Positions 27,031 to 40,134 are shown, counted from the first letter of the stretch. The stretch: DNA of 64,000 nucleotides from Owenia fusiformis (GCA_903813345.2 CAIIXF020000001.1:24180001-24244000); one strand, 5' to 3'. The notes: generated from the letters alone by a model not told the origin. Made by a program: numbers and translations.

Positions 27031-30000
27031 TGATTTCAGTTTCCACATTCCCCTGTTCTACAAGTGCATTCACGGCTTCCCCCTGTTCCATATCTACATC
27101 TTTGGTACCCAGTTCTATACTAACAACCCCATCTTCATTCACAGATGTGAGTAAGACAGCATCATGTTCAGTGATATAATGTTCCTTCATTTCTTCCTCA
27201 GTCTTTAATAGAGCATTACAGCAACCACATGATATATACATCTGTTGGTCCAGTTGGGGTACATGGGTCCTCTGGTGCTCCTGTACTTCAGTCTTTGTAA
27301 TGGCAGTGAACTCACAAAGAGAGCATTTATAGCAAGGTATGTCACTGTGAGAATTCATATGCTTCATCCAGGAATGACGTTTAATACCAGACCAACTACA
27401 CAGCTCACATTGAAATGGTCTCTCATCTGAAAGAACATGTGTAAACCATCAGTTCAAATGGGACGTAACCACCAACAATGATAATGTGTTAGTGTGTGTG
27501 GTTGAAGGGTTTATCTTTATTCTAGGCATGTGCAGTATTTGTAATCACCTAAGAATATTGACCTGACAATACCTGTGTTGGCAGAGTGAGCCACAAATGA
27601 GTCATACTGATGTGTTGAGGTTAAGGAAATTAGAAAAGTTGGTGACTTGCCATATATAATACATTTTTCTCTATTTTTATAAATATATACAGCCAGTAGC
27701 TGGAGAAGTAAAACATGCATAAAATGGCAATAATTTCCTATTAATTCTTGGTTCACAGACGAGAAAAGTTCACAATGCTGTTCAAAATAAACTTGATGAC
27801 ACTAGTGTCATATTGTTTTAACAATACTAGTATACCAAACTAAACAGAGGGGAAAGGCAAATTTAAAGCAGGTACGTTCAAAAGATTTGTAGAAAATTGA
27901 TTAAAATGTTCAAATGATTATAAATATGTAATTCAAGATATACCAGATATACCTTAAGGACTTTCTCCGATCTGGCAAAGCCATCAAACTTCGATTATTT
28001 TGGTACATAATTATTAAACAAGGTATGACATGTATGATATTATTTCAATTTTTGTTTTAATACTTGCCATGGTGAATAGTAACTTCTATACCTGAATGCG
28101 TCATAAGATGACGTGTCAGCTGTTGTTTTTGATATGACGTAAAGCTGCACTGGTCACATGCAAATTTCTTGATTTGATGATGTACACGTTCAACATGTTG
28201 TCTCATGTTGCGTGGGGTGGACAGTGTCTTACCACAGTGGATGCACACTGAGGGACCAGCATTATGGATGTGGGTCCTGAAACAAAAGCATCGAGGCTCT
28301 TAAAACGAATGCAAAAGATTTTTCTTAGGCTCTGTTAATATAGTTCACAAATGAAATATAGTTTTCTTTTGATTCTCTTTTCTAATCTCATTGCTGTTTT
28401 GCTTTCATAATAAACTGTCCAAAATTATCAACAAACATGACAAACAGAAAGAGTGACATCCCTCTTTCTTTGCTAATTCCTTGAAATATAAAAATCCAGT
28501 AATAAAGTTGACGGATCATATAAATAGGTGAAATCATTGAATAGACGGACAGTCCCTCCTTCACCAAAACATACGAAAAACTTTGAGCCTGTTGATGTCA
28601 ATCCCAAAATATAAGGACCTCAGTATCTAGAGAAAACTCATAAAGTGCTAAATCTTACTTGTGATGTCTAAGATGTAGCTTTGTTGTGTACTTCTCATTA
28701 CACAGAGAGCAGCGTAACAGCCCCTCTCCATTGTGTACCAGCTCAATGTGTTCCTTCAGGGGCTTATGGGATTGGAATGCCTCCCCACAATGTTGACACA
28801 TAGGCTTAGACTTGTGAACATTGGTAATATGTTGCTGCAAGTTAAACCTCACTTGGAACTTAGCTCCACATGTCTCACAAACATAAGGATCATCCTTACT
28901 TCTATGAAGATCTTGATGATATTTATAATTTTGAGGATTCTTTGCTTCAAAACCACATATCTTACATTTTAATTTTCCAATTTCATGAGCATATAAATGT
29001 TGCCCTAGAGTGTTTTGCATGTTAGTAGCTGCTTTAAAGGTTCTGCCACATATTAAACATTGATATTCATCTATACCTTCATCATTTTTTATTAGTTTGT
29101 ATTTGTCTGGAAACCTTTCCAGATAATATTTCTGTTGCTTCTCCAATCGTGTCATATACTTTTTAGTTTTAGTTTGTTTACTTTGAGATCTGACCAAAAT
29201 TCCAGTTATTTTCACATGTTTAGCTTTACTCTGAGGTAAAATACAAGAGTCCTTATTAGGTGAGGAATTTTGGTTTTTAGAATCATCAGTTTGATCTGCA
29301 ACTGATGAGTCAATGTCACTAACATCATCTCTTTTTTCAGTTTGAACATTTTCATTTAATTCTGTAGACATGCTGTTTTTATCACTAACAGCAGGTATGT
29401 CCATTACATCCTCATTATCCACAGGAAAATTTTCATGAGCATCATTTGTTGCTGCATTTTTTGTATCATTCTGTGTTACGCTCTCATCAATGTTACTACC
29501 TTGCTTCTCTATTGATTCACCTACTGAAGATACTGTCATCATTGTTTCATCAGTTTCAAGTTTATCTGACTCCTTTGGTTCAACTGGATGTGCTAAATCT
29601 AACGTGTCTGTAGCTTCAGCAATGAATTCAGAATCTGTATCCATATAAACTTGTTTAACAGTTGTGTTACTATTCTGTGATTCGTTATTGTCATCGTCAT
29701 TGTGACAATGACTACTGGGATCTCCAAACCTCTTGTGGCACTTGTGCTGAGCGAGGTCTTCTTCCAAAAGGAAACCTCCTTTGCAGAACAAACATATATT
29801 GATGCATAATGAGAAGTTACCTTCCTCCTCTGAAAAACAAGTAACTTTATATTATTTCACAAAGAAACATACAACATGGTAAATATGTAGTGTATGTATA
29901 GACTGCGCATGTAATATACTTCACTCATTCAAGTTTTCAAACTAAAGTTATTTGGGTGTTTTTCATTGAATTAAAAATGATTCGACTTATATGTAAAGAA

Positions 30001-30351
30001 TTATTATACCACCATTTACATTTAGATATACATGTACAGTAAATCTAAACTACCTGATGGCCAGTTGAACAGTTTCTTAGGGTTTGGCAGGAAGTCTGCA
30101 ATAATATTTCCAAGTTGTATGCCTTCATCATCTGCAGAATGATTCCCTTGGGTAACATCAGCACCATCAGTCGATAGTGACCTTGTGAAAGCAGCAACAG
30201 TGTTTTTCCTGGAGTTAGTTAGGGGTTTAATTTGCGGTGGACTTAGGTTCCGATCTTCTGTTTGTTTATCTGCTTCGTTATCTAACAGTGCTGATTCATC
30301 ACTTTGTATAAGTTTATATGTAGGTTTTCGTTTCCTCTTTGGTCTATTCAT
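26999..30351 (-). CDS. Multi-C2H2 zinc-finger protein, ~693 aa or more (10 C2H2 fingers plus one degenerate finger, acidic spacer)
   Basis: Exons 30054-30351 (frame open upstream to the exon start at 30411), 28659-29829, 28092-28276, 26999-27426. GT-AG and phase-consistent, 2082 nt. CxxC...H...H repeats and a THSDERPFQC linker across a splice junction; basic RPKRKRKP near the start; AATAAA on the - strand at 25895-25900. Confidence 0.9.
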
Positions 30352-30860
30352 GTTTATTTTATATATTGATCCTGATCCTAAATATAGTTCTATCTCCTCA
30401 AAGACAATCGTCTGAAATGAAATACAGTAAATATCATGCTTTTGGAAACATATAAATTCCTGCCTGTTCAGCAGTGAACAGCTCCCATAAAATATTCTCA
30501 GGCATGTCGGAAATTATCATAGATTTTGTTTATTGTGAGCCATTGCATTAGTTTTAGAGGGTGAACTGACTGTTCAGAGTTTAAATCTCATAAGATACTC
30601 TTATAGTTTTTCAACCTCATTAATATTATAATAAGTAAATATTCAAAGCATTTCAGTAGGGGATGTAGGTTCGAACCTAAATCGAACCTAAAAATGAGTC
30701 CCATAGTTAGTTGATTACATCAACAAACCTACAAAAAGTAGGTCCACTTTAGGTTCGACCTAATACTACCTAAAACACTTATAAAAATTCAAAACTTCTA
30801 AATTTTACTCACTTCGAGAACCATGTTAGATTGAAACTTATGGCTCTCCAACGGAGAAAT

Positions 30861-31331
30861 GGACAGCTGAATGATGGTGACCTTTGAAACACGAACTAAG
30901 GTGATCAGCGGCTTACTTTTGTTCTCCATACATTATCATCCTTCCGTGCAAGTATTGGAGCGCTGGAGTACTTCCTTTTCGATCAAGACTTGTAATTTTT
31001 AGTCGAGTGAATGTTTTTTCTGTCAAATTCCAATATGGCGTTTTCTGCTCGGACATTTCCGTAAATCTACGGAGGTTGTCCGGACCTGACTCATTCTCAA
31101 AATTCATTTCGTTTATTGCGTATCTCACTCCTAGAAAACCACCATATTGGAAATGGGTCGAAAAAACATTCACTGGATTAACAATTTACAAGTCTTGATC
31201 GAAAAAAAAGTATTTCAGCGCTCCAATACTTGCACGGATGGATGATACTGATGTAAGACACAGTTAGAGACCAAAAGTAAGCCGCTGATCTCATTATTCA
31301 TGTTTTAAAGGTCACTATTATTCAGCTGTCC
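30861..31331. mobile_element. Diverged foldback/inverted-repeat element in the ZNF 5' region (symmetry extends weakly to ~30660-31570)
   Basis: GGACAGCTGAAT...GATCAGCGGCTTACTTTT...CCGTGCAAGTATTGGAGCGCTG is mirrored by CAGCGCTCCAATACTTGCACGG...AAAAGTAAGCCGCTGATC...ATTCAGCTGTCC. Confidence 0.75.
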
Positions 31332-31341
31332 AGTGCGCAGT

Positions 31342-31461
31342 TACCCCCATAAATGTGGAGTTATTTTGAGTTTTTAGATATTTCGGACATTTGTTTCTCA
31401 AAAAGTAACAAATGTCCTAAATATTAAAAATCCTCAAAATAACCTCACATTTATGGGGGTA
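31342..31461. mobile_element. 120-bp palindromic mini-MITE with a 9-bp TSD
   Basis: TACCCCCATAAATGTG...CACATTTATGGGGGTA; TSD GTGCGCAGT at 31333-31341 and 31462-31470. Confidence 0.85.
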
Positions 31462-31825
31462 GTGCGCAGTGGGAAAGCTATTATATCAAAATCCCCATAG
31501 CTTTCGCAGGAAGTAATCTAGATTCACTTCTAGTACGAACCTGAGGTACGAACCTAACGCAAACCTGAAAAACTTGAAATATGATAATGCGTCACAAATG
31601 AAAGATCTTACCATGAATAGCATTTGATACATGTATATGACTATATTGCTTTGGCTTGGCATTCGAGAATCATAATCATGAGAATTGAGATTTGAGTTGA
31701 AATTTTTTGATTTGATTTTACCTTATATCAATTATTAAATCAACCAACCATCATTCTACAACTCGTCTACTACATATACAGTAAATAAAAAAAATCAAGA
31801 ATGAATGATTTCTTTGTTTACTTAC

Positions 31826-32009
31826 CAGTACTATCACATGATATCAGTTAACTAAAAAAAAAACAATCCAATTTTGAAAAATTGAAAACCGGAACCGGAA
31901 GTGTGCTATCTGGTAGACTATTTTAAAAATTTCAAATAATTTTTGTTTATTTTAGGTTTTTGTTTCTCCACTTGAGACTGAGATTGATACTTTTATTTAG
32001 TAATCGATG
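31826..32009. promoter_or_regulatory. Putative compact bidirectional promoter and first non-coding exons for ZNF (-) and DFFA (+)
   Basis: Tandem ETS motif CCGGAACCGGAAGTG at 31889-31903, flanked by outward-facing GTAAGT donors at 31825 (-) and 32010 (+). Confidence 0.55.
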
Positions 32010-32096
32010 GTAAGTCAACATTCTCATGAATAGGATGATATTTTTAAATGAGCAAATAATTGTTATATCGAGACCTGAGTGTATTTTCTAATTTTA

Positions 32097-33359
32097 GGTT
32101 CAGCTGGAAAGTAACATTTTGGTAAAAAATTGCTATACCTGCACATGTTATTTTCTGGTACATAATTAAGTATGAAGGCATGTGTGTATTTCCTTGCTTT
32201 TTTCAGGAAAGTATCATTACACTGTCTACTTTTAGTAAACCTGGAAACAGGTCAATGGTAGCTCTAGTTCAACGTCGTTAAACTCAATAACGGCGTTCTT
32301 TATTATTAGGAATTTTCTTGGGGCCATTATTGAGTTTAACCTCCTTACTATTCTTTCCTTTGATGCAAGTTCTGAATCCATCGAAACCATTTTTCCGCGA
32401 TAATGTGCAACTGATACTTGACAATAATATAAAAACATGTAACATCAAGCGATTTAACACAATATTATTGTGTTAAATGTTCATTTATACGAGTAAAATG
32501 AGGCTACACTTACCAATCTCTAAAGTGACATTTCCGCATGTCCCTCATTGTGTCTGTTCGTCTGAGTGTCCCGGATCGTAAAATTAAACTACCAGCGAAA
32601 CGAAATTGTTGTCAAATAGATTGATAATTATTATCGCGATTACTCGGGATAAAAAGATCAATTTTGAGGATAACAGGTATCTTTGATTAATTTATATAGC
32701 GTGTATATACACGCAAAATAGTTATTAATTGCAAACCAACTGTTCGTTAATGCAGTGCCGTGATGACGGTTAATTCCTGAAACGATTTGCAATTTCGATG
32801 TTACCGAAACTGACCGACATTTTCGTCATATTCCAAACCTGTCTCCAATATTTTCGTAATTATGCATCAATAGGGTCTAAGGGGGATACGGGACGGCGTG
32901 TATGTGTTTATAAGGTATGTATGCATGCTTGAATCACATTCTTTGTGTAATATTGCCATGTTTTCACGGTTCAATTAGCTCCGCTTGTCGAAACCTGCTG
33001 AACGAATAAATTAACGCATCAAAGGCAAAATGGTCATGGAGGTTAGACCTAGCCGGGCCATAACACATGTCAGATAAGAAACGAGGCCCGGGCTAGGTCT
33101 AATGTTGTTGGACTATGGTAGCTCCTGTGTTGTCTGGAAACTTTGAAAGAAAATTTGGAAAAACAGGAAGTGTGAAATATCAGAATTCCCTGGAGTTCCC
33201 TTTGAACGCCTACCAGATATTCTAAAAGAAGACAATGTAATGATACTTTCCTGAAAAAAGCAAGGAAATTGATACATGCCTTCATACTTTATTTTGTACC
33301 AGAAAATAACATGTGCAGGTATAGCAATTTTTACCAAAATGTTACTTTCCAGCTGTACC
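32097..33359. mobile_element. Kolobok-like palindromic MITE, copy 1 (interrupted by 32265-33115)
   Basis: GGTTCAGCTGGAAAGTAACATTTTGGTAAAA...TTTTACCAAAATGTTACTTTCCAGCTGTACC|TTAA with ~130-bp arms; left flank is TTTA. Confidence 0.8.
32265..33115. mobile_element. TAGTTCAAC...GTTGGACTA element with a 9-bp TSD, related to 5029-5700
   Basis: TSD TGGTAGCTC at 32256-32264 and 33116-33124; the matching site is single-copy in the uninterrupted sister MITE at 33508-33911. Confidence 0.85.
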
Positions 33360-33507
33360 TTAACCAATGGCAATGGCAAAAAACTTTTTACTCAAAATAC
33401 TGGGAAATGAAATTCCATCATTCAAAATGCTATATACTCGAGCTCGTTCATTCTTAAAGGTTGTATATAACTATCAAAGTGTTTTTGACACCTTGGCAAA
33501 GACTTAA

Positions 33508-33911
33508 GGTTCAGCTGGAAAGTAACATTTTGGTAAAAAATTGCTATACCTGCACATGTTATTTTCTGGTACAGAATTAAGTATGAAGTCATGTGTGTAT
33601 TTCCTTGCTTTTTTCAGGAAAGTATCATTACACTGTTTACTTTTATAATATCTGGAAACAGGTCAATGGTAGCTCCTGTGTTGTCTGGAAATTTTGAAAG
33701 AAAATTTCGAAAAATAGAAAGTGTGAAATATCAGAATTTCCTGGAGTTTCCATTGAACCCCTACTAGATATTCTAAAAGAAGACAATGTAATGATACTTT
33801 CCTGAAAAAAGCAAGGAAATTGACACATGCCTTCATACTTTATTTTGTACCAGAAAATAACATGTGCAGGTATAGCAATTTTTTACCAAAATGTTACTTT
33901 CCAGCTGTACC
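33508..33911. mobile_element. Kolobok-like palindromic MITE, copy 2 (uninterrupted)
   Basis: TTAA at 33504-33507 and 33912-33915; long inverted arms; near-identical to copy 1. Confidence 0.88.
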
Positions 33912-34058
33912 TTAATTCAGCATGTTGCTGTGTATTTATAATACTTTTCATTACTTAAATATTTAGAGTGGATATTCATCTTTCATTCCATATGAAGAAA
34001 ATGTAAATTTATAAAATATTGACGGAGTTGGGAGGGTTCTCCAAATATATCGTTGTTA

Positions 34059-34117
34059 CGGAAATGACGTCACATTAAATTGGATTTCCACAAGAGCGGG
34101 CTATGAGTATTACGTCA
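34059..34117 (+). promoter_or_regulatory. ETS-CRE-like composite and a second CRE-like site upstream of the first DFFA coding exon
   Basis: CGGAAATGACGTCA at 34059-34072 and TTACGTCA at 34110-34117. Confidence 0.4.
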
Positions 34118-34327
34118 TCAATATACTTTCACTTTTGTGTTAGAGCACTTTGACATTCAATTGGAAATTTAAAGTGCATTTTTTAGATTCAGTTAATTAA
34201 AAGGAATCAAATTGATGATTATCCTCAAAAAGTCGTTTTTAAGAGCCCATGAGTTTTCTAAGGCCTAGATAGTTATACACATCCTTTAATTAATTTTTCA
34301 GCAGTGCACACAGCAGTCCTTTGAATC

Positions 34328-36127
34328 ATGTCTGAACGTAGGCCATTCAAAGTCTGGAATGCTGAACGGACAATAAAGAAATCTGTAACTGCAACTAACC
34401 TAGACAACTTAAAACAAAAAGGTGAGACCTTCAGGTGGAAACCAAATCTTTGAAACAATATTTGAAAAGATATGCTTATCAAATAGAGGATATGAGTGGC
34501 AAAAATGATCTGTATCTATAAAGTGATTGAATACTATGGTGATTGTTTATAATATTTTATTTAAAAATTGTTACACTCATGCTTTGTTTCAGCCTGTGAT
34601 AAACTAGACATTGATGGAAACGTAAGGGTTGTATTGGAGGCTGATGGTACAGAAGTTGATGATGATGATTATTTTAGCTTTGTTGAAGCAAATTCAACAC
34701 TTATGCTCTTGAAGGATGGAGAGAGTTGGAAACCTGAAGGTATGGAGGGTAGGTTCTTTGCTATGGCAAGTTGTAGACTTAGTCCTTTCACAGTATGAAA
34801 TATATTTGAAATAGTTATGAGTTAGGGCATGCCCATGGTTAGGGTATAGTTTATGCCTTCATCTTGCGTGAAACATTGAAAGTTTTGTTTGTTGGGATTT
34901 GCACTTATTACATACGTAGCACAAATATACATGGCTTATTTCAGCTCGGGGCCAAGATGTTACTGACTTCATGGTAACAGATGGTGTTGAATCTGATGGT
35001 GTAGGGACAGGGGCACTGCTGAAAGTACAGAGTCTAGCTGATACTTTAAGATCAGATATCTCAAGGATTATCACATTCTCCAGTGAAGAGATGCAGGTAT
35101 GTATTGTATTGTACAGTATTGTATTGTATTGTATTGTATCCTTTATTACCATATTATTTCCATGTGAGTACATTACAATTTTTGGTAAAAAAATATTTAC
35201 ATGTGCATCAAAAGATTGTGTTATGATAATATAATGATTATATTATATTTAATACTATTATGATAATAGTATGATAATATTTTGTTTGTTATACAGTCAA
35301 ATTTTATTACAGCATCATTTTGTTAAGTCTTGTTATAAAGAATTTATGGAAAATTCCAAGTAAAAATGTTAAGTACTTTCATTTGCTATTATTTCACCCT
35401 TTTAAATAAGTAGAACATCTTAAGATGGCCCAATATATCCATCCGACAATGAGTACTTCCTATTATCCTTTTCAATTTTTAAAATGTTGGTATTCAACTT
35501 ACGAGGTGTGGTCAATTTGTTGGTGTGTATACGAATCAGAGTTAGATATTGAACAACTTGAAAGACAGAATCATTAAATTTTTCATTTGTTTTATTTTAT
35601 TTTACTTGTGTAGGATAGGTAAATGAGGGATTCTTTTTGCTATATCACCAAAGATGTAATGCTTTCTGAACACAAAGTATCCATTATGTAATACCTTTTG
35701 AATACAGATACAGCAAAACCTGCCTTAATTAACACCTCTCTCTTGTGAACACTTTTAATAAACACCACTTTAAGAAACATTGACTCCTGTATTGAATCTT
35801 TTCTTTGGACTGAACACCTACCTACAGTGAACACTTTTTTGTGACTTCATAGGTGTTCACTTTATTCAGGTGATACTGTTGATGATATATTCCACCATAT
35901 TCTTCCAGGCTATAATAGACACTCCTAGACAACACTTGGCAGGGTTATTGAATGACCCTAATATGGCCAAAGCAGTACAGGAGACCTGCCAGGAACATCT
36001 TGACAACAGGGAGCAGACCAAGGAAGCCATGGATCTTCTACAACTCTATCATAAAGCCAAACAACATAAACTGCAGCATAATAATGACAATTCAGCAGCT
36101 AAAAAGCCTAAATTAGACACTTCATAG
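34328..36127 (+). CDS. DFFA: DNA fragmentation factor alpha (ICAD/DFF45)-like CIDE-N protein, ~203 aa
   Basis: Exons 34328-34421, 34593-34739 (alternative donor after 34748), 34945-35096, 35909-36127. CIDE-N motifs RPFKVWNAER..KKSVTA and VVLEADGTEVDDDDYF. LRSDISRIITFSSEEMQAIID...EHLDNREQTKEAMDLLQLYHKA resembles the DFFA middle region. DVTD follows the CIDE-N domain. Confidence 0.85.
35099..35139. repeat. (TATTG)n microsatellite just inside a DFFA intron donor
   Basis: gtattgtattgtacagtattgtattgtattgtattgtat. Confidence 0.8.
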
Positions 36128-39100
36128 ACCTTTTGTTGAATGATCTTGTCAGTAAAATCAATTTGCATAAGGGATTTTGTCTTTTAATACAGTTTATGAA
36201 ACAATCTAATAGGCTAAACTCAATCCCTTCCGTTAATTACCTCATGTATATACGAGGGTGGTTTATCAAATTCATATTCTGTCATTTTGACTCATTGTAG
36301 AGTACCTTTATCAGTTGATCAGCTGGTTATAGTGCTAGAATACTCGAAGTGAAATATGTACATACATAATTTAATCATAATTATAGGAATATATTTTTAA
36401 TAAGCATTTTTGCTTTATTTAGACATTTGATAAAAATTATGAATATTGGATATCAAGTTAAAGTTTGAGTAGATGTTTCACTTTTACTGTAGATTGTAGC
36501 TTTTGTGTGTTGTTTTCTGTGACTATTTGAAAGTATGTTAATTAGTGTGTAGAGGCATCATGTAGCAACATCAAACTGTCTTTTTATTATAGACTGAAGT
36601 ATAAATGGGGATGTGTTAGTTTTGGTATCATCAAACCTCACAAATCATCAGTTAAGAAATAAATTTTACAGTTAAAAGAATGCAACCATACGAAAACTTC
36701 TGAACATTTGGAAACCAAGTAAGTTTATAATGTATAATTTTCAGTGCCTGGATATTGTCAGTTGAGCTTTTTTGTGGTGCTTTGAATTATCAGCATGCAA
36801 ATACCACTGGGCCTGGCACATAAGAATTAGACTGGCACATAAGAATTAGACTGAGTTTTGTTCAAAAAACATTCACTAGGTATGTATTACTGCTGGCAGT
36901 GGATTGATATCAATGAAGACGAGTCAGACAATTGAGGTACAACATAGATAGTTATACAATATTGCAATATTTATTGTTCATTTGTAGAATTTTTATTGTT
37001 CATTTTGTAGCTATAAATATATAATATTTACACACCATATTTTTTATTTTTATGTGTATTACTTACAGGCTGATACAGAAAAATGTGCCACTCTAAGTCC
37101 TGTTATACAGCTATGCTATTTACTGCATTTTGATAAGCCAATAAAATTAATTTTCAATATTCAATAGTATGCAAAAATCCTTTGTTATATTCATATTGAG
37201 TTAAGTGAAATATCTGAATCTGATTGCTGTCAGCATTCCATTTAAATCACAGCAAAGTAATCTTCATGGCATTACTCTTGGCATTTTCAGAAAGCACCCA
37301 TGTGCTACATCCATGTAAAATGGCAGGTAAAATCATCGAACTATAAATTGTAAAAAAGAGAATTTGAAAATGAACAAATTAACAAACACAATTTTTGATG
37401 CAAAAGAATTATGTATTTTCAGCCAAAATGTTTATTACAGAAAGCATAAGATAGAGGATAGATATTATGAAGTGTTTACAAGACAAAAATATTCATGAAA
37501 CAGTTTTAATAGTACAACAATATAGTACACATATATATAGTACAATACATACAGTACTCAACATTAAAGACCTCAAATCCAAACACTTTTGTTGAAAGTT
37601 ATTTTATGAAAAGAAGATATTTTTCTTATTTTTATTGCATAAAAGATATCTTGAGTTTCATTAAAAATAGAATGGCTTACAAAATCTAATTTTGAAGATA
37701 TCATATTTTGAGATTTTACCTGGGATATGTAGATTAGACTAAATAATATTACAGATAATACAAGAGAATGTCATGGGGCTATGTGGCAAATATACATTGT
37801 ACTCATATTGTGATACCATTTTGCCCTTAGGGCTTCAAGGAATACCAGTTTTGATATTCAGACATTTTTTGGTTTTTCGATCTGAAATACTAGTAGAAAA
37901 TTGTTTGTTGGTAATATTGATGAGTATAATAGTCAAAGAAATAAGAAAAGTTTGACATTTTGTAATTAAATCCAAAGATTTACATGAATGTAACATTTTC
38001 AAGTAAAATTCACGTCCTGAAGAGTAACATAATGGAATAGGAAAGGGTGATTTACAGTATTTTAGCGTAAAATGAAATGTAAAACTCTTTCACAGAGTCT
38101 ATGTGACATTTTAAACGTACATCTACCACTCCTGGTACATATGTATTTGTCAAAGGCTTAAAGATAAATTGCTGTAATGAATGATCTCTATGACAACAGA
38201 GAAAATACAGTTTAAATGTTACCACAATCACAAATATAATGAAATATGAACAGAAAACATGCCTTTATGAACACCTCTCTCTAGTGAACACCATTTCTCG
38301 GAACATGCCTCACTGAATTTTGTTTTATCATCAATGTTATTGACAATCTTTTTCAATTTGATTTATTGCATAGAAAACTTAACATAATTATTCCATAAAA
38401 ACACCCTCTGTAATGAACCCCTAAATACTACAGAGAACACTTTTCTGCCTATTAAGGTGTTCACTACATCCAGGTTTTACTGTCATCATATAATTGGCAA
38501 TTCTTTTGACACTTTGGATTCATTGTCAAAAGTTCATTTAAAGGTACAGCGAAGACCACCAGTTGGGAATTGTCCTTTTCCAAACAAATTTCATAATTAT
38601 ATTTTTTGCTAACAACTATTTTCTAAAAAGCCAAACATTTCTGAACAATCCTATCTGATTTTTATCTGGCAATAATTTTAAAGAATTTTGACTTTATCTT
38701 ATTAATCTTTAATAACCCCAGTCTATATTTGATCAATTATTTACCAGAAGAACAAAAGGACAAAATTGCATGCTTTTGGAAAAGATTGCTTTCACCACTT
38801 TTTCTCTATCCTCTGCTGCCACTTTTATCTATAGCAGTGTCATTTTCTCAATAGCTTCAGTTAGTAGTATGAATATCCATAGTCCCAGTCCAATTCATCA
38901 GAATTTTCTGGGTGAGAGAGGCTGTCATTGTTAGTACCATGACATTCAAGTGGGCCCACGCTTATGTTACCTTTCTCAGGTAGTTCCCCTGCAGATTAGA
39001 TACAATAACACAGTTAGTTTGTAAAGATTATAGTACATAATTAACATCTTAAAATATGGCTTAAGTTGATGAATTCTATGGTCTACAATTGGCCTGAATG

Positions 39101-39259
39101 TAGGATTGTATTTTTATAACATTGTTAAAACGAACTTCTCAATAGGCTGACTGTAAATGATAGTAAATCATGGAATCAAGATTTTTGTTGTATCATTCAT
39201 ATTATTCATTGTTCATTTATGCTACCAGTAACTCCTGGTTTCAATCAATCAATGTATGT

Positions 39260-39545
39260 AGCCTTTGTGGCATTCATGTTTACGATGCAGTAGATACATT
39301 TATGTATACAATATACATGATGATATAGGCTCTCCGACGCAACCTTTGTTGTATTCATGTTTGCAATATAGGTTGATCAACACAGCATTTGTGACATTCA
39401 TGTTTACGATGCAGTAGTGACATTCACATATACAATATAGGCTCTTCAATGCAATTTTAGTGGTATTCATGTTTACAATATAGGCTGTTCAACAAAGCAT
39501 TTGTGACATTCATGGTTACAATGCAATACAATACAATATAGGCCT
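39260..39545. repeat. Degenerate short tandem repeat
   Basis: Recurrent TTTGTG.CATTCATGTTTAC.AT and ATATAGGCT motifs. Confidence 0.6.
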
Positions 39546-39839
39546 TAAGACATTCTAGGGCCAACAAGAGGTATCACAAAGAAGCCTCTTACTAAACATT
39601 ACAAAGGAGGAGGGAAAGTATGGCAACAGATTTCGGACAGTCATATGTCACTTATTCCTTTAAAGGGGTTATCTGTGTCTTCAAAATCAAAATTATTTTA
39701 TGATCTCTACGAGTGCTTTTCCTAGAGATAATGCATTGGCGTAACATATGCACCTGTTTAAATCCTCAGAAAATAGCCAAAATCCAACACATGAATGTAC
39801 TAAAATCTGCTGCGATACTTTCCCTCCTCCTTTGCATAT

Positions 39840-40134
39840 CACTGGCAGATCCAGCCCCCCCCCTAAGGTGGGCCCATAAATTTTTTAGGGCCATAATATT
39901 TTGTAGGGCCTCCAAAATGGGTCTTTCTGGGCATAACTTGGCCTATTTGGGCATTTTTAGGCCAAATAATCAAAACAAAAAATGGGCCTTAAGTTTTCAA
40001 AATTTGGGCCCAATTTAAAAAAATTTAAGGCCCATTTTGGCACAAGATTTTTGCTCAAGCGTGGAAATTGTTTTCCTTTCCTGACTTGAAATGTGAGCCC
40101 CTCTTGACCTTGTTAGCTTCTGGATCCGCCAGTG
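39840..40134. mobile_element. MITE with CACTGGC(A/G)GATCCAG TIRs
   Basis: Inverted termini at 39840-39854 and 40120-40134; internal GGGCC repeats; flanks catat/cttat (imperfect). Confidence 0.65.

Noticed and set aside
26053-27179. 326-aa and overlapping + strand ORFs
   Set aside because: They are translations of the 21-22-bp minisatellite, which happens to have few stops on this strand; they are antisense to the ZNF 3' end.
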